From Phoronis australis (Eukaryota > Animalia > Phoronida): 64,000 nucleotides of DNA. The stretch spans positions 76,657-140,656 of the forward strand of contig NMRA01000683.1 of assembly GCA_002633005.1 (NCBI GenBank), read 5' to 3'. This document shows, in pieces, positions 1 to 14,200 of the stretch (within the stretch, counting starts at the first letter, position 1; each line of letters opens with the position of its first letter). A model generated the notes under the pieces. The model saw nothing but the letters and a program-made list of their open reading frames with translations. It was not told the origin of the DNA and searched no databases. The position numbers were made by a program, and so were the translations under genes.

Positions 1-199
1 TTTAGGGATTCAAGTAGTTGCGTCAAAAAACCTGACGCGTGATAGACATCTTGATTTCTGTAGATTGGTTAAAACACGTGTGTGGACGTTTGACTAATGT
101 AGCTTGAAGGAAACTCGCTCACATTTAAACTAGTTAACCGTCAACAGTGTCACATTTTTAAACAGTTTTGTATGCACGAAGGGGCTCTGCCAATTAGTC

Positions 200-425
200 A
201 AAAGGATTTCACAAACGAAGTTTTCGTAGCGTTACGCAGCGAAATTCAGACGTCAAGCAATGAAAATGTTATCTCTATTGTGTGACGTTATTTTCGCTAC
301 GTAACGAGAAAGGGTTTCACAAACGAAGTTTTAGTAGCGTTACGCAGCGAAATTCAGACGTCAAGGAATGGAAATGTTCATTATCTCTATTGAGTGACGT
401 TATTTTCGCTACGTAACGCTACGAA
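200..425. repeat. Two tandem copies of a ~108-bp internally palindromic unit (probable MITE remnant)
   Basis: aaggatttcacaaacgaagtttt...ttttcgctacgtaacg occurs twice; ttcgtagcgttacg/cgtaacgctacgaa inverted pair. Confidence 0.7.
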
Positions 426-1074
426 GAACTTCGCTTGGGCCACTCTACTCTGATTCAGTGGACCCACTATGCGATGACAAGCGACAGTGAGAAATGGAAA
501 TTGTGCCGTGCAGATGTTTCACATCTTTGTAACTAACTTCACTTTTTAGTAAGCAATGCGTATGAATTGCATTTTAAGCACAGTGTTCTTCTAAGAATGT
601 AGGGGCCTGTTCAACATAGAACTGTTACGTGTTTTATGTGTCCGTTACCAGTTATTCTAATGACCCGGTGACAGCATCCATAGCCAATCAGAGCAAGTTC
701 TTGAAAAACATCTTCCTTCTTCCTCCAGACTTTAGCTTAACGCAACCTTTGAACTTATACATCATCGTGGAACCAGCTCCAGTTCTTTGAAATTTATAGG
801 GATGGTTTAAACAAGAGACAAAATGATAACACGGGGGGGGGGGGGGAATTATCACGAANTAAAATATTGCAGTCTGAATTCAGTTGTTCGCGGCAAAGTG
901 CAGGAGAATAATAGTTACATCACAAACAATACCGTGCTTCCCGATAGTCCAGAAATAATATTTTTGATGCTGGCGCACGTGTAAACAAGCTTTTAAATCT
1001 CAATCTCTTCGTTTCCAAGAAGTAGGCCTACTTACTCTGCGTGCACAGCTGTCAAGACCTTTCTCACAATATCG

Positions 1075-1232
1075 CTGTGGTGGATTTAGAAGGGGGCCAA
1101 GAGGGCCATTCCCCGGCCCCTAAAAGTGTCTCAGATTCCACTTGGCAGTTCAGGGGTGCGAACGTCTGACAGGTTAAATCCTTGTTAATACTCTGTCTTG
1201 CCCCCTAACTAAATATCCTGCATTAGCCCCTG
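1075..1232. mobile_element. MITE of a CAGGGGCGGAT.../...ATCCGCCCCTG family (degenerate copy)
   Basis: Shares gtggatttag, cagattcca.ttggcagttcag and cctg.at..gcccctg with copies at 37836-38139 and 62304-62379. Confidence 0.6.
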
Positions 1233-2048
1233 TGTCGTTATGGTTGAATCCTGGAACTCCTTTAAAATCCCTTTGAAACAGCAATCACTGTCCAGTACAG
1301 GAAGCCCGGTGAAAACGCTGAACCATAAATGACTGATTTTATAATCTTTAATGACCATAGTGTACTAGCCCTAATGCTAAACATGTATTGTGTATATTGC
1401 ACTGTGTTCTCGTTAAATAAATTAAAAAATAAAAATGATAACGGTTAGCCTACATGTATACCTCTTCTATAAGGTATTCTTATGGAAAAAGTATACAAAA
1501 GTGCTGCCAATAAGGTGTACTGTGTTTTCACAGCAAAAGTACTCCCCAAAATTGTGCCATTTTCGACAACATACTAGCACGAAGGGCTCTACTTTTGAAT
1601 TTCTGGGACAGATTTACGCAAAAGTGTGTATTTTTACACAAAATTGCTCCTTAAATGGGCCGCTTTTTTGTCTAAGACAACATTCTAAATGGGTAGATAT
1701 ACAAATTCTCGGGCGGCACTCCTCGTCCAAAATACTCAAGTACCCCCGGCCGTGTCAGATACCACTTGCCCGTGATTTTGGTCATTTACTTTGTGATATG
1801 ACGTTGGTTTTCGAAAAATGTAACAATGGTACATTACTCGCATGCGTATTGGACATATAATGTGACAATTTGTTTCATTTTAGGAGAAGCTTAGCAACGT
1901 AAAATGTAACAATGACGTTTGTTACATTTTACGAAGTTGTTACATTTTACGGCGTATCAGAGCACGGGTGTCATGAGTGTTGAAATTACGTGATGTTTAA
2001 TTTCAATAAAAAGTGCAAAGAATGGACCGGGTTTCATCGATGTTTCAG

Positions 2049-2285
2049 GCAATACGGATCTGTATAGAGTCGGGTTCAGATATTGACGTTCAACAAGACG
2101 ACAAATCTACTCCAGTTCATTTAGCCTGTGCACAAGGTGCGATGGAGTCGATCAAGACTATGTTTCAACTTCAACCACACAAAGTGCGAGACATTGTCTG
2201 GGCCAAAGACGTCAATGGCATGACACCGCTGCACAAAGCTGCCTTGTTTGACCATCACACTATAGTTAAATTTCTATTAGATGAG
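2049..2285 (+). CDS. TRPA1: TRPA1 exon (ankyrin repeats AIRICIE...FLLDE)
   Basis: tttcag/ acceptor, /gtacaa donor; TPVHLACAQG, TPLHKAALFD. Confidence 0.93.
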
Positions 2286-5200
2286 GTACAAATAGTATAT
2301 CAGGTTAATTATGGTTTTCTTTGGATGATTAGGCTAAGTCGTGAAGTAGGCTGCCGTTTTTAAAAACAGTCGGTTGCAATACATGTACATATGGATCGCT
2401 GTTGATGTATGTTTGTGTGATATTTGGAAAATATCTCACTTATCTAAATAGAATAAATGGTCCAGAGACAATCTAAGATGCGAGCAGCTTGCAACAGCTA
2501 CCAGTAAAACCACCCACGGTTCTTTCCAGTGAGGACACGAGAAACCGTATTTAGCCATATCAGAGGTAATTGTGATTTATGACAATGGGTGTCTCTTGTT
2601 CTCTTTTCCTCACATCGAACTCAGTCGTAAAGCAAATATCACTGCCAAGGGGAATCTAAGTACAGATTGATAGAAACACATTGATGTTGTCAACAAACGT
2701 TATACAGAATTTGTTCAACGCGCGACACTTTTTATTGTCTTTATTCCGTTACGTTCGTACTTTCGGAACAAAACTCTCCTCTCGACTGAACATAGATACA
2801 GTAACTGACCTAACGACATAATTAAAAAAAACATATTTCGAAACATACTTGTTTCATTCTCAAGTGAAGATAAAATGACGCAGTAATGCCACCACAGAGC
2901 ATAAGCTGATGACATACACAGTGAGACATGGCGGATGTGAAATACTGCAAAGAATGACTAATGAAGGGGGATAACAGGAAAGTCACGCAAACACGTGTAA
3001 CGTACGGCATGTCTCTGTTTGCTGCTCATTCAAAACAGGCTTCTCAAAAGCAATCAAAAGAGACTCTAATACTTTCAAACGCAGCACATCTAGCTCCACG
3101 TAGCAAATTGACGTGTTTTCCACAATTTCTTGACGTTCGTGACATTGCAGAAAATGATCTTGGATGGCGCCAGTTTGAAGATGCATGGTTAACCGACGGG
3201 AAAGACTGCAAACCGTTTGACCAATGTAACATTGTTTGGCGTTTGAACGAAGACAGTCGTTCATAGGGCGTACAAATTCATAAGCAACACTACACTGTGC
3301 AAACTAAAAAATTCTGTATAACCGAAATCTTGGTACCGAAGTATAGCCAACAAATGTTATGAAAACAAAATAAGACAGAACTGACTACTTCAATGAACTG
3401 TCCATTTGAGTGTGCCGTCACTTTCGCTTTGCAAATTCTTTATTTTTGCTGGTGAAATAGAGATAAGTTGGTACGTTATGCATAGACGTTGTCGTACATA
3501 ATATGTTGTCAGTATACAGGGTGACATTTCATCTAGGGGGCGTTTATTGACGCCGAAGACAAAGAAGAACGCACGGCCTTACACTTGGCTGCATCAAAAC
3601 GAAGCATTGTTACTATGTGCATGCTGTGTGACCGCGGGGCCAATATCATGCTCAAAGACAAGTACGGGCGAAACTTCATGCATACTGCCATAAAGAACGG
3701 CTGTAAACCAAGCCATTTAGAGGCACAGGTTATAGATCAGGTAAGAACATCACAAATGAAAACCGAACCTTAAAGGAGAAGGCAACCTTTTTCCATGTCA
3801 TTTTGAGCGAAAATAAGGTTGGTTGGTTATCCTAGANTGTAATTAAGTGGAAAATATGTCTAGGATAACCAACCAACCTTATTTTAGCTCAAAATGACAT
3901 GGAAAAAGGTTGTCTTCGCCTTTAACTTTCAGGGCCTATTTCGCTGACACCGTCCGGGTTTTTGGGCATCGGAGGAACATTGTGTAGCCCAAAGCTGTGC
4001 TTGTGGGAATTGTGTTAATGCATGCAACGACGAATGCACGTTGTCTGTAATGAATAACGAAATTTAAGAAAACTGAAAATAATAAAACACGAAAGAGAAA
4101 CAAAAACAGCACCAATGATTTGCTTACATCAGTAGCACAGAACACCCCTTCAGACTTGATCTTTAACGTGTTACAAAGTTTAATTTGAAGATTAAGCTCA
4201 TTCTACAGATATGTTGTGAAACCATCGCTTTTCGAAGTTTGCTTTAACTTGACCCAGATAAATACCACCGTTCAAGAAACTTCTGGTCGATCTACTATGG
4301 ATTTCAGGTTGACAGAAAGTTTTATTGTGACACTGGTAGTCAGGAGCTAGTTTGCTAACACACTCGAACATAAGTTCACTCGTTTGAAAATTCCTCCTCT
4401 CATTTAGTGTGCGTTAAAGTTGACTATGAACAGAATCAGTGCGAAAACCAGTCAGCAAACAGAACATCTAGTCCTTCATAATTTTAATGTCCTGCACTTT
4501 ATGATACGATCTCTGTTTACATGAGGGTCATACAACATAACACTCTCTATCCTGAGTAAGACTAGGTTCTAGTAAAATAGCCTTAACGTAATTTATTTCG
4601 TGATGAAACTCTACGTTGTCTGGGATTTTATTCGAAGGTGGACTACTTGCCTACATTTAATTCCACACACATCGCCCCTTTCGTTCTGTATTACTTACAG
4701 GCTGTATTTCCACATTGATAAAGTAAGGAACTGAATTATAGAAGGAAACTTGAATGTATTCCAGCTTGAATATATTCCTACTGTAAACTGTGCTACTGCA
4801 AGTGCATTTAATGACGACTAGTGAGACAAATTAGCAAGTTCATTATTCAAAGCACTTCTATTTCAAGTCTTGAACAAACTGCAGAAAGACATGTATCATC
4901 TGTACAAGGCACACATTTACAATTTGTGATGTCACACGCTAGGTCGTAACACGAGCCCCAGTTTTGAACCCGCAGGAAACCGGAAGTGGTTCTCGGTCTG
5001 ACAGTGTCCATTTACAGAGATGCCCTGGGTTGTGTCACAAAAGCCAGACTTTAAACAATAGGCAGCTACTCTCTTAATACCAGTCTTGGTCATATTGGGG
5101 TGCAGGCAACCATGGCGGACAGTGTCAAAGCCTGAGGTGAAAAAACATAGCACCATTTATGTGTCTGAATGTCCATGGAAGGAAAGGTGTATTCAGTGAC

Positions 5201-8200
5201 AACAACTAGAACACGAATGAATTGGCCGGAGACCTGGGCCCGGTCTCCAAACTTTTTACTCGAAATGGAACTCGAAATTAGGTTTGGCATTTTCTACTCT
5301 ACTTTTGGGAGAACTCAATATAAGTGTCTATTATTCTATGCTCGAGTACACAATAACTTACGTAGATAATTTATTGCCCTTAGTTCACAGTTTGTTAGCC
5401 CAATATTAAAGCAATAAGTTCGAGTTTGAACTCGAAATTTCGAGTTTTTACTCGAGTTTGTAGCACGAATATAAGGGTCTTCAAGGGCAAACTTGAACTA
5501 GAAACTCCTATGCATAAACTATAATGTATTTGAGCACAGTCTGATAACCAATTATCTTAAGTTCGCACAAAAGGAGCAGAGAAATTGCCAAAAATAGTAT
5601 CGAGTTCGTTTCGAGTACAAAGATTAGAGACCGGGCCCTGGTTTGAAAATTTAAGAGAATATCAGTGTCTGTGAGAAAACTTCAACATTCTAACTGCTAA
5701 ACTGTCCGTCATTACCGCAGTCACGAGAGCCACAGCTAGGACTTAAAACTTGCGGTTATATTGCATCTTTGGTCCTGAACTTTGGACTTGCTTAGACTGT
5801 TGGACAACGTAGTTAACAGCGACACTGTTGGAGGTGGGCTGATTGGTGCTAATGACGAGATTAAACACTACAACGAAAACATTTATAATCGATGAAATAT
5901 AGTCCCAGCTGGCACAGTCTAACATGTATGCATGTTTTGCCGTTGCTACAGTGTATATAAAAGGACAAGCAAATAAATTCCCTCTTGTTTGCGCTTTTTG
6001 CGAGCTCAAGGGTTTCCTTTGAACTGAAAACGGTACAATTTAATACCAAATCTATAGCATTATGTGGCCTGATCAAAATACTATTATTTTGACATCAAAC
6101 ATTCATGAAATCCAGTAGAATGGATTTACCGTTGCGTTGTTATCTCATGTCTCTTAATTGTTGCTGTCAACTTACAGAAATCCAAAGTGGACATTCAAGA
6201 AGTGTCGAGAAAACTAATGAACGAGCGTGATGCGTTTGGCTGCACTCCTCTTCACTACGCATCCAGGGAAGGACATTTCGGCTCGTTACAAGAATTAATC
6301 GCTAATGGAGCTCATCTCAATCTGAAAAACAACGAAAAACAATCCCCGCTGCACTTTGCTGCCAAGTATGTTTTCTCTGCTTTACAAATGTTACCGTTGC
6401 AATTCATTTACTGTATTACTGGACACCAAATAACACATGGGCGTGGGTTTAGGCTGAGATCTTTCTCCATGGATTATTTACAAGAACTTGACGCTAATTC
6501 GCTGCGTTCTGCTCTATTCCGCGCTGTTCTGCTTTGCAGGTATGGACGCTTGAATACGTGCCGACGACTCCTGGATACACCTGGCGGCGCGAATATCATA
6601 AACGAAACTGACCGAGAGGGACTGACACCGCTCCATGTGGCTTCACAAAATGGGCATTCCAAAGTTGTGTCCCTTTTGATCCAGAGGGGCGCACTTCTAC
6701 ACAGGGACATCTTTGGGAACACGCCCCTCCATCTGGCGGCTGCCAATGGATACACTCAGACAATGCGTACGCTTGTCGCTGTTCACCCACATCTGGTCAA
6801 CGTAGAGAATAATAACAAGGTGTGGTAGTACTATAAGAAAATAAATAAACCGTTTGCATGGACCAGTACGATTGCATGGACCAACAAATATGTCCTCTCA
6901 TCGTTCCGGCAAAGGTGAACATCGAACAAGCAACAAATACGTTGTATGCCTACATGCAGAAAATACACGTAGTTCCTCCTCACTGAGTCTGTAGATATAG
7001 TTCAACAAGCACTTACACTTACTTTCACCATGCACTGAAACTGTGTTTTTCCACAAAATCGAATTTCATGAGAAATCACCTTCCCAGCATGCTTTTTTTC
7101 AAATGATACATCCCACGAGTGAAAAATTTAGCACTAGATAGCCAGCCAGCAGTCGTATGAAAGGTTTAATATTACAAATCAGTCTTCCGTATTAAACGAA
7201 GACTCAAGTGAAATAAAAAAAGTCTACGAGTCGAGACATTTCCAAGACAGATTTTTCATTGACTTCGACTGATAAAGTACGCGAAAAGTGGTCAAGATGG
7301 CAAGTGGGTATAATCGTGGTGTACCATTAGTTTTTCTAATGCCATAGCCACAAAGGTCGACGACTCAACTACTTATAAAATATCGGTCCAAGAACAAAAG
7401 TTTTGAGGCAAAATTCAACAAAAATGAACTGTTGAATACCTGAAGTTCATGCCACAACATTTGTGAACCGAACAGATTGGCAAAGGTATGGCTTTTCCAG
7501 TTACAACATTTGACTCAGTGATATTTCCCATGCGGTTAGTACCAAGATGGCGGAAACGCCTGGACTACCCCAGTACGGAACAAATTTTCCGTCCCTGTAT
7601 ATGTATTTCTTGCTTATTGGTCATATACGTGGTCCTAAATGTCCTATACGTAGGCCTACTTGAGTTTGCCTTTCAAAACTAGGTTCTTAACACCACCAAA
7701 ATGAGTCGTCTGGATGTCTGCATGATTAAACTACTCAGTTCTTCATACCACATCCGAGGGTTTAGGTTAACAATTAGCAGAAGGAAGGACTTCTTCCGTA
7801 GTGTAGGTGGCCTTGTCTGTTGTTACATGTCATTAACGTGGTAAGGTTTGTAGGATAAAGTTTCTCGCAAAGAAACATTGTTACAGGGAAAGTAATAGTT
7901 CTTACCGTAATTTCTGCTTAAAATACGATTTTCTGGTTAACCTAGATAGATTTTGTTCTAACTCGGGGGTCAAGATCATTCCCAGTCTTCCTGTTTTTGT
8001 ACAACGATTCATTGTGATCCTGTTGATTGCATACTGTTCACCAAAACGTGTCACAATGATGACTCTACACGGTTTCTTTTCCCTTTAAAGAAGTACAAAC
8101 CAGTGTTATAGTCAAGAACCGGTCTAAATGTACAATATTTATACTGGCTGTAATCACCGACGCCGATGTTGTAATTTTGTGTCACCAACAGGACACTGCA

Positions 8201-11200
8201 ATTCACAACGCTTCCCGAGAAGGCAAGACAAGCGCGGTGACTCAGCTGATGAGTCTTGACGCCGAGTTCAAATATAACAAAGACAATCAGCACTTCTTCG
8301 AAGTTGCTATACGCAACAAACATCAAGACGTCTCCATGGCTATCATAACACACGCAAGGTACTCATCCAACGGATAATCACAAGTGGTGGCGATAGTGTA
8401 TGAAGTTCTAGTGCTCGCCACTGAAGCATCTTAGCTTCAAATTACCAAGCACAATGTGGCGCGCTTAATAAGAAGCTATTTAATTTTCCGTAGCTGACGA
8501 AAACTCGCTTAATGGTACACGTGTGATGCCCAACCCATACATTACTAAGCTCAAACTTAAGACTGAGTACCTTTATAGCAAGGATACCTAGGAACTATTC
8601 CAAACTAAAGCTGACAATCAAACTATTACACAGCCGACGAAAACGACCTATTTTTGCTTTAGGCAGGACAGACAGAGTAAAGGTTGGCAATAGATTATTG
8701 TGATATTAACTTCTGGCATAGGGAATCTGCCATGAATTTTGTTTTATTTATAGTATTCAGTTAGATGAGAACTCATCTTAGAACCAACATGTCAAATAAA
8801 TTGAGAACTTGTCTTTACATGTGTCCGTTTGCAGGTGGCGAGAAGTCATGGACCTTCAGTCAGCAGATGGAAATCCCATTTATTTGCTTATCCAATTCTT
8901 ACCGGACGTGTGTTTGGTAAGTACGATAATATTAACAGGAGCATCAGGATAATGTCGCTTATATACAGGCGTCTCGCGTTTCAGAGCCAGTTTCCTTTAA
9001 AAAACTGATCCATCGTAAGTAACTATTGCCAGCGTCAAAATTGAGCCTGTATACAGAAGCGACAATTCTGCATACACATTACAGAAACAAACGAAACTCA
9101 CTTCCCTGAATTTCAACAGTTCCCCTCTTGAAATTAAATGTTATGAGAATTCTAAGACATCAATATACCACTGACAACACTTATCAGATCCCGGATGTTG
9201 GTCCGTTTTTGATCGATTGTTCTAGGAAATCCTGAAGGGTTTTATTTCAGCGAGTCGGCGTTGTAACAAATTACACACCGTGGCAGTTTGAAATATGTAA
9301 ATGATTCATCTCTGGGTTGTTTCGACACAGTTTCACTTAAATACCGAAATCCTAGTAAATTACATTTATTGGACTCGCAAGCAACCATCTTAGTGTTTTA
9401 GAAAATTCTAGAAGAACTGTGCCTCTTGGTTACAAAAGTATTCATTCACCTGTAGCTTAAAGTTGTCTATTTTTAGGCTGTACTAGATCGCTGTAAAACC
9501 CACCCAAAGCTCAACTCCAAGCACAAAGACTTCTACGTAAGTAGAACGTTTGTTTTACTAGTTTCTGTTATTACATAAACTGCTCAAAAGTGAGAGTCCT
9601 TCTGTTTTTGTTTCTAATTTCCAACATGAGTTGTCCAAGCATGTGTTCAAGAACAACTTACCACCTAAACTCATAGCGTTAAAAACGCGTGTATCCCAAA
9701 GCGGTAGGGGTCAATTTGGTCACCATATGACAAATGCTTGTTAATGATAAGTATACATGATTTGTTGATCACAAAGATTATAGTCAGCTGGTCAAAATCA
9801 TCAATTTAGATCTGATTTCAAAGTCATGTTAGATGTAAAAAAATGCTCAAAGTGCTTGTAGTAACTCTCGCTTGAAACCTAAGGGGACTGCCAAGCTGAA
9901 ATATGCTCTGTTGCCAATGTCAAAAATATTAAGTTTGTCATGTTAGACGCAGACAGCCATGCCCATATTGCCTGGAGTGACCCGTTGGTGAGACTTGAGT
10001 ATGTTGCTAAGCTGAATTCCCTCGTTACCGTGATAACCATACATGTACATTTAACGGTCAATATCACCAATTTTAGGCTTGATGACAGTCACGTGAGAAG
10101 TAAGCAACAGTGACCAAAACATTTTAATAACCCTTCCTTAACTAAAACATTAAGTTAGTTGTCAAGCTTAAACGTGTACCGTTGTCATAGTAACCAGGTA
10201 TTTTAGAACTACAACAGCATACTAACCTGTGCACTTCAAAAACCGTCGAAATGGCGAAACATTTAAACTGCCTGACTGCTATATCAAAGCTGCATCGTAA
10301 CTATTAGAAAAATGTAAAACATCTATAAAATGATGCCAAGGAAATTCGTGTTCAAAAACCTTGAAATAATGTTTTAACAACACAAGAGCTGGGTACAACT
10401 AAAGCATTAGATTTGCACAAATCAATTACTAAAAGGAAAAACCTACGGTTAATATGTCAAAACCAGAAGCACAATTTTGAAAATCCAAAAATGGTTGCGA
10501 TGGGAACTCAAGAAATTTGTATTTATTACTTTATCAAATATATCCAATAATTACCACCAGCACTACTTGTAGTTGCTGTATCATAATTTAAAAAATCCAA
10601 TAAATGGTTACCACGTCTGCGTAAATGCATATCCATCACAAGTAGCAAAACGTTTATCCTTAACATATGTTAAATTCTATCATAAAGAGAAGTTCATCAT
10701 TTGTTCATGTTCCATTGGAAATGACATTTACTGCAAACGGTGTTCCTACCATGGTCTTAGATTGTAGTTTAGATCGTAGTAATATCAGTCATTTTCCGCA
10801 TTTCCGTTAACAAATACATGTACAGTAATAGTTTAAACCACACGTTCAAAGTGGTTAACTGCTTGAGAAAAGTATCAAATGAATAGAAGTTACATTGATG
10901 ATAATCACAATAATATTGATTTTTTTACTTTGTTTTTCGGGATTTTGTCCTTGACTACAATTTCGCTTTCAATTAAAAATATGGTTACATGTGCCTTTTT
11001 ATAGAAAATCAACGATTCAGAAATTCTGTACTAGGTATAATTTTGGAAAAGAGGCAAGGTCGCTTTTAGTTCTGTTGATACGACGTCTGTTGTCCGTGAT
11101 ACCCTGTTGACTCAAGCACTTGCCAGTTGTAGTGCACCACTACATGTGTACCAGAAATTCCCTTATATTCGAAAGAAGGCCACATGATGTTGAATTTTAT

Positions 11201-14200
11201 TGGGAAATGCATTATTTTGGATCAAAGACCATTTCCATCATTTAAACTTTGCAACATGTGCTAAGTTGTTTTCTTATTTACATGTAATTCAATATTAGTC
11301 AGTGAGTTCTTCACTCATTTTGATAGTGCATGTCATGTTAGCCAGCCAGCTAGTTGTATGAACGCTAGTGCCAAAATACATAAGTTTATAAAGTTTTTAC
11401 CAAGGGTAAGATCATGGCAGATTAACAGGAAACAAAACATTTTAGTTATAGGCTCTACTTCCGAATAAATGTTATGGTCTTGAACTTGGACCAAAACAAG
11501 AACGGAGGCATCTCTGACGGAATTCGAAAAGAATGAAAACTTCCCAGTTCAAGTAATGTCCAATTTAAACAAGTATTCACGTCAATCACAAGTTGCTCTT
11601 CTGGAAGCAGTGATACATATACAGGAAGTTGTTCTCTGTAGGTGGCCTTGCTTTACAGTGGTTTGTGTAATCCAATTTGCCACGCTTTGACCAACGGGAG
11701 TTAAATGGACTAAGCTGACCTACTTAGCTACCTCATTTTCATAAGCCAATTATAAACGGAGTAGTTCCAACTTGAAACATCTATAACTTTATTAGCTTTC
11801 AATTTTGAGCTAGGCAACCCCCCAAACAGTGATCAGCGACACTTTTAGATAATTGCGATATATGTTGTTAGCTTCTGACATGGCTTTGCTATCAAACAAT
11901 ATTTCGAGTCGAAGGATCATCAAGTTTCTGCTCATTAACTGTCAAAAAGGTTTGAAAAAGCAAAATGGGATTGTACTAAAACTCCCTTTGAGCTCTTTGA
12001 CCGCCACACCCCACTATCCCTCCGGTCCTCGACCCTAAACCCCTCGAACCACGACCCTCTCGACCCACAACCCCCTCGACCCACGGCCCACGACAGATGC
12101 TCGACTCGATCTGAAGATGGAACAATCGCCAACTTGCAGGACCAACGTGTCTGGCCGTGAGCTCGGTTGGTTTTTCCGTTTTTTGCAATTCAGGAAGTCG
12201 ATTCAATTTGAAAGCCAAAAACAGAAAAAAACCCGGCCACATCAAATAACCTCACAAATGTCGTTACCGGCAAAGTGTAATCGTCTCGTCTGCTATTCGG
12301 TGAATGACAGATTCAAGTTTTTTGGGGAGAGTGCAAGGAACCGCGAGTATGTAATTTATTCAGTATAATACGGTTTAAAAACAAAATCTAAACTAAAAGA
12401 TTATCCCCACGGTACATGAGGTAAATTGTTAACAAGCATACAGCAGGAAGCAAGTAATAACTTTAGTTTAACAGGGCCATTGGTAGTTGCTCGTGCAGCT
12501 ACTTTGGTGGCAACGATAGCACGCTCACACTTCGCTATTTCATACCATTTGCTTATGCCACTTTCTGTCATTAATCACCAGACTTGAGGCAGAGCACATT
12601 CGCGTGTAGGTAAGTCTGATGGGAAAGTTATTCAGTGACGTAATAATTATGATTTTGAAATGTGTAAAAAGCGCAGACATATCCATTGGGGCAGGTCGTG
12701 CATGGTCGACGGGGTCCTGGGGTATGGGGGTCTACTTTGTCGAATGGGTTTAAGAACAATCCGACAAAAGGTGCCCAAATTGAGACAAGTTTCAGCGGTA
12801 GCGTCCTCCATTTACAAACTGCATGAGCATTTCAGATATCTAATAACACACTCGAGTTGTACATGTATAGATCCTGGTGTGTACGCTACCGTGACTTGTG
12901 TTTGTCTTGTCACCGTGTAACTAACTGTGCTTTATACCCAACCAAGAGTATTCTCACCTTTGAACTGAGTAAAACGGTGGATGTTTCCTCCGCATCATAT
13001 CGAGATTAAACCTTTACCCAAAATAGTAATTGCATTTTGTCCTGGATATTTAGCGTTTTGACATTTTCTTTCAGTATCATTACGATTTCCAGTACCTACA
13101 GTGCCCTCTTTCGTGTGCTACACTATACGATTCAACGAAGAATTGTTCATTTAAGCCGTTGCACGCACTCAACGTAAGTTAAAACCAAGTGGTTATGAAG
13201 TAGTTATCCGCAATATTACTGAACGTTAACGTCTTATAACGATCAATCCTAGTACAGTATCAGAATTTGCACCAATAGGCACAAAGCATTTCAACTAACT
13301 GGGAAGGAAAGGTAACACAAACTGATGTTTGAATTTTTCATTAGACGCCAAATTCTCGGAGAGTATTCAACTATGTCGAAACACGCGATCTGCGTACCTA
13401 CAGTATAGTTAATCTTTTTCAGTGGGCAGCTTGGTCTCACTTTTCGAATCCGATTTTTGTGTGTCCCACTAATCTCGATACAGCAAGCCACAGTACTGTA
13501 TATGTTCTGTGACATTATTGATTAAAAACTGAATGGCACTTATTTTAAAGTAAAACAATCAGAAAAGAAAGAAACGGACTTTCGATAAAAACAGTGTTGA
13601 TCTCTGACCAAACATATACAAAGTCGTCCCTTGAGGATTGATAGGAAGGGTGGGAATACGTTGTTTTAAATTTCAAATATCAAAAGTGTTCGACTGTTTG
13701 TTTCAGCACATGGTCAAGTTTAACCGTGTCGACTGCCTTTCACATCCGGTCAGTGTACAATACCTAGACATGAAATGGTGAGATTTTATATGTCTGATAG
13801 CGAAATATGTTTACGGACTAAAATTCATGTTTTCGTTTGAGGCAGGTAACGCGCACTCTCAAACAGTTCTTAATATTTTATTTGTTACAGCTTAAACTAA
13901 CGTTGCTAAAGCTGCCATATATAGTGTATGTAACCTGCTCATACAGCCCCTATCATAAATTTGTAACAGTTAGAAAGCTGACTGCCATTAAATAACGTTT
14001 TTCTCCGCCTGAATGATATTTAGCTAAAGCCTTGGTTTGTTACCTACACAAAAGAATGGCATGTAATGATCTGTTGGTTTATATACTGAAGTTGACACTT
14101 TTATTTAGGTGGGCCTACGGAGTTTGGTTTCATGGACTCAACCTCATCCAGTACCTAGTGTTCTTGATCCTCCTAACCGTCTCCATGGTAAACAACCGCG

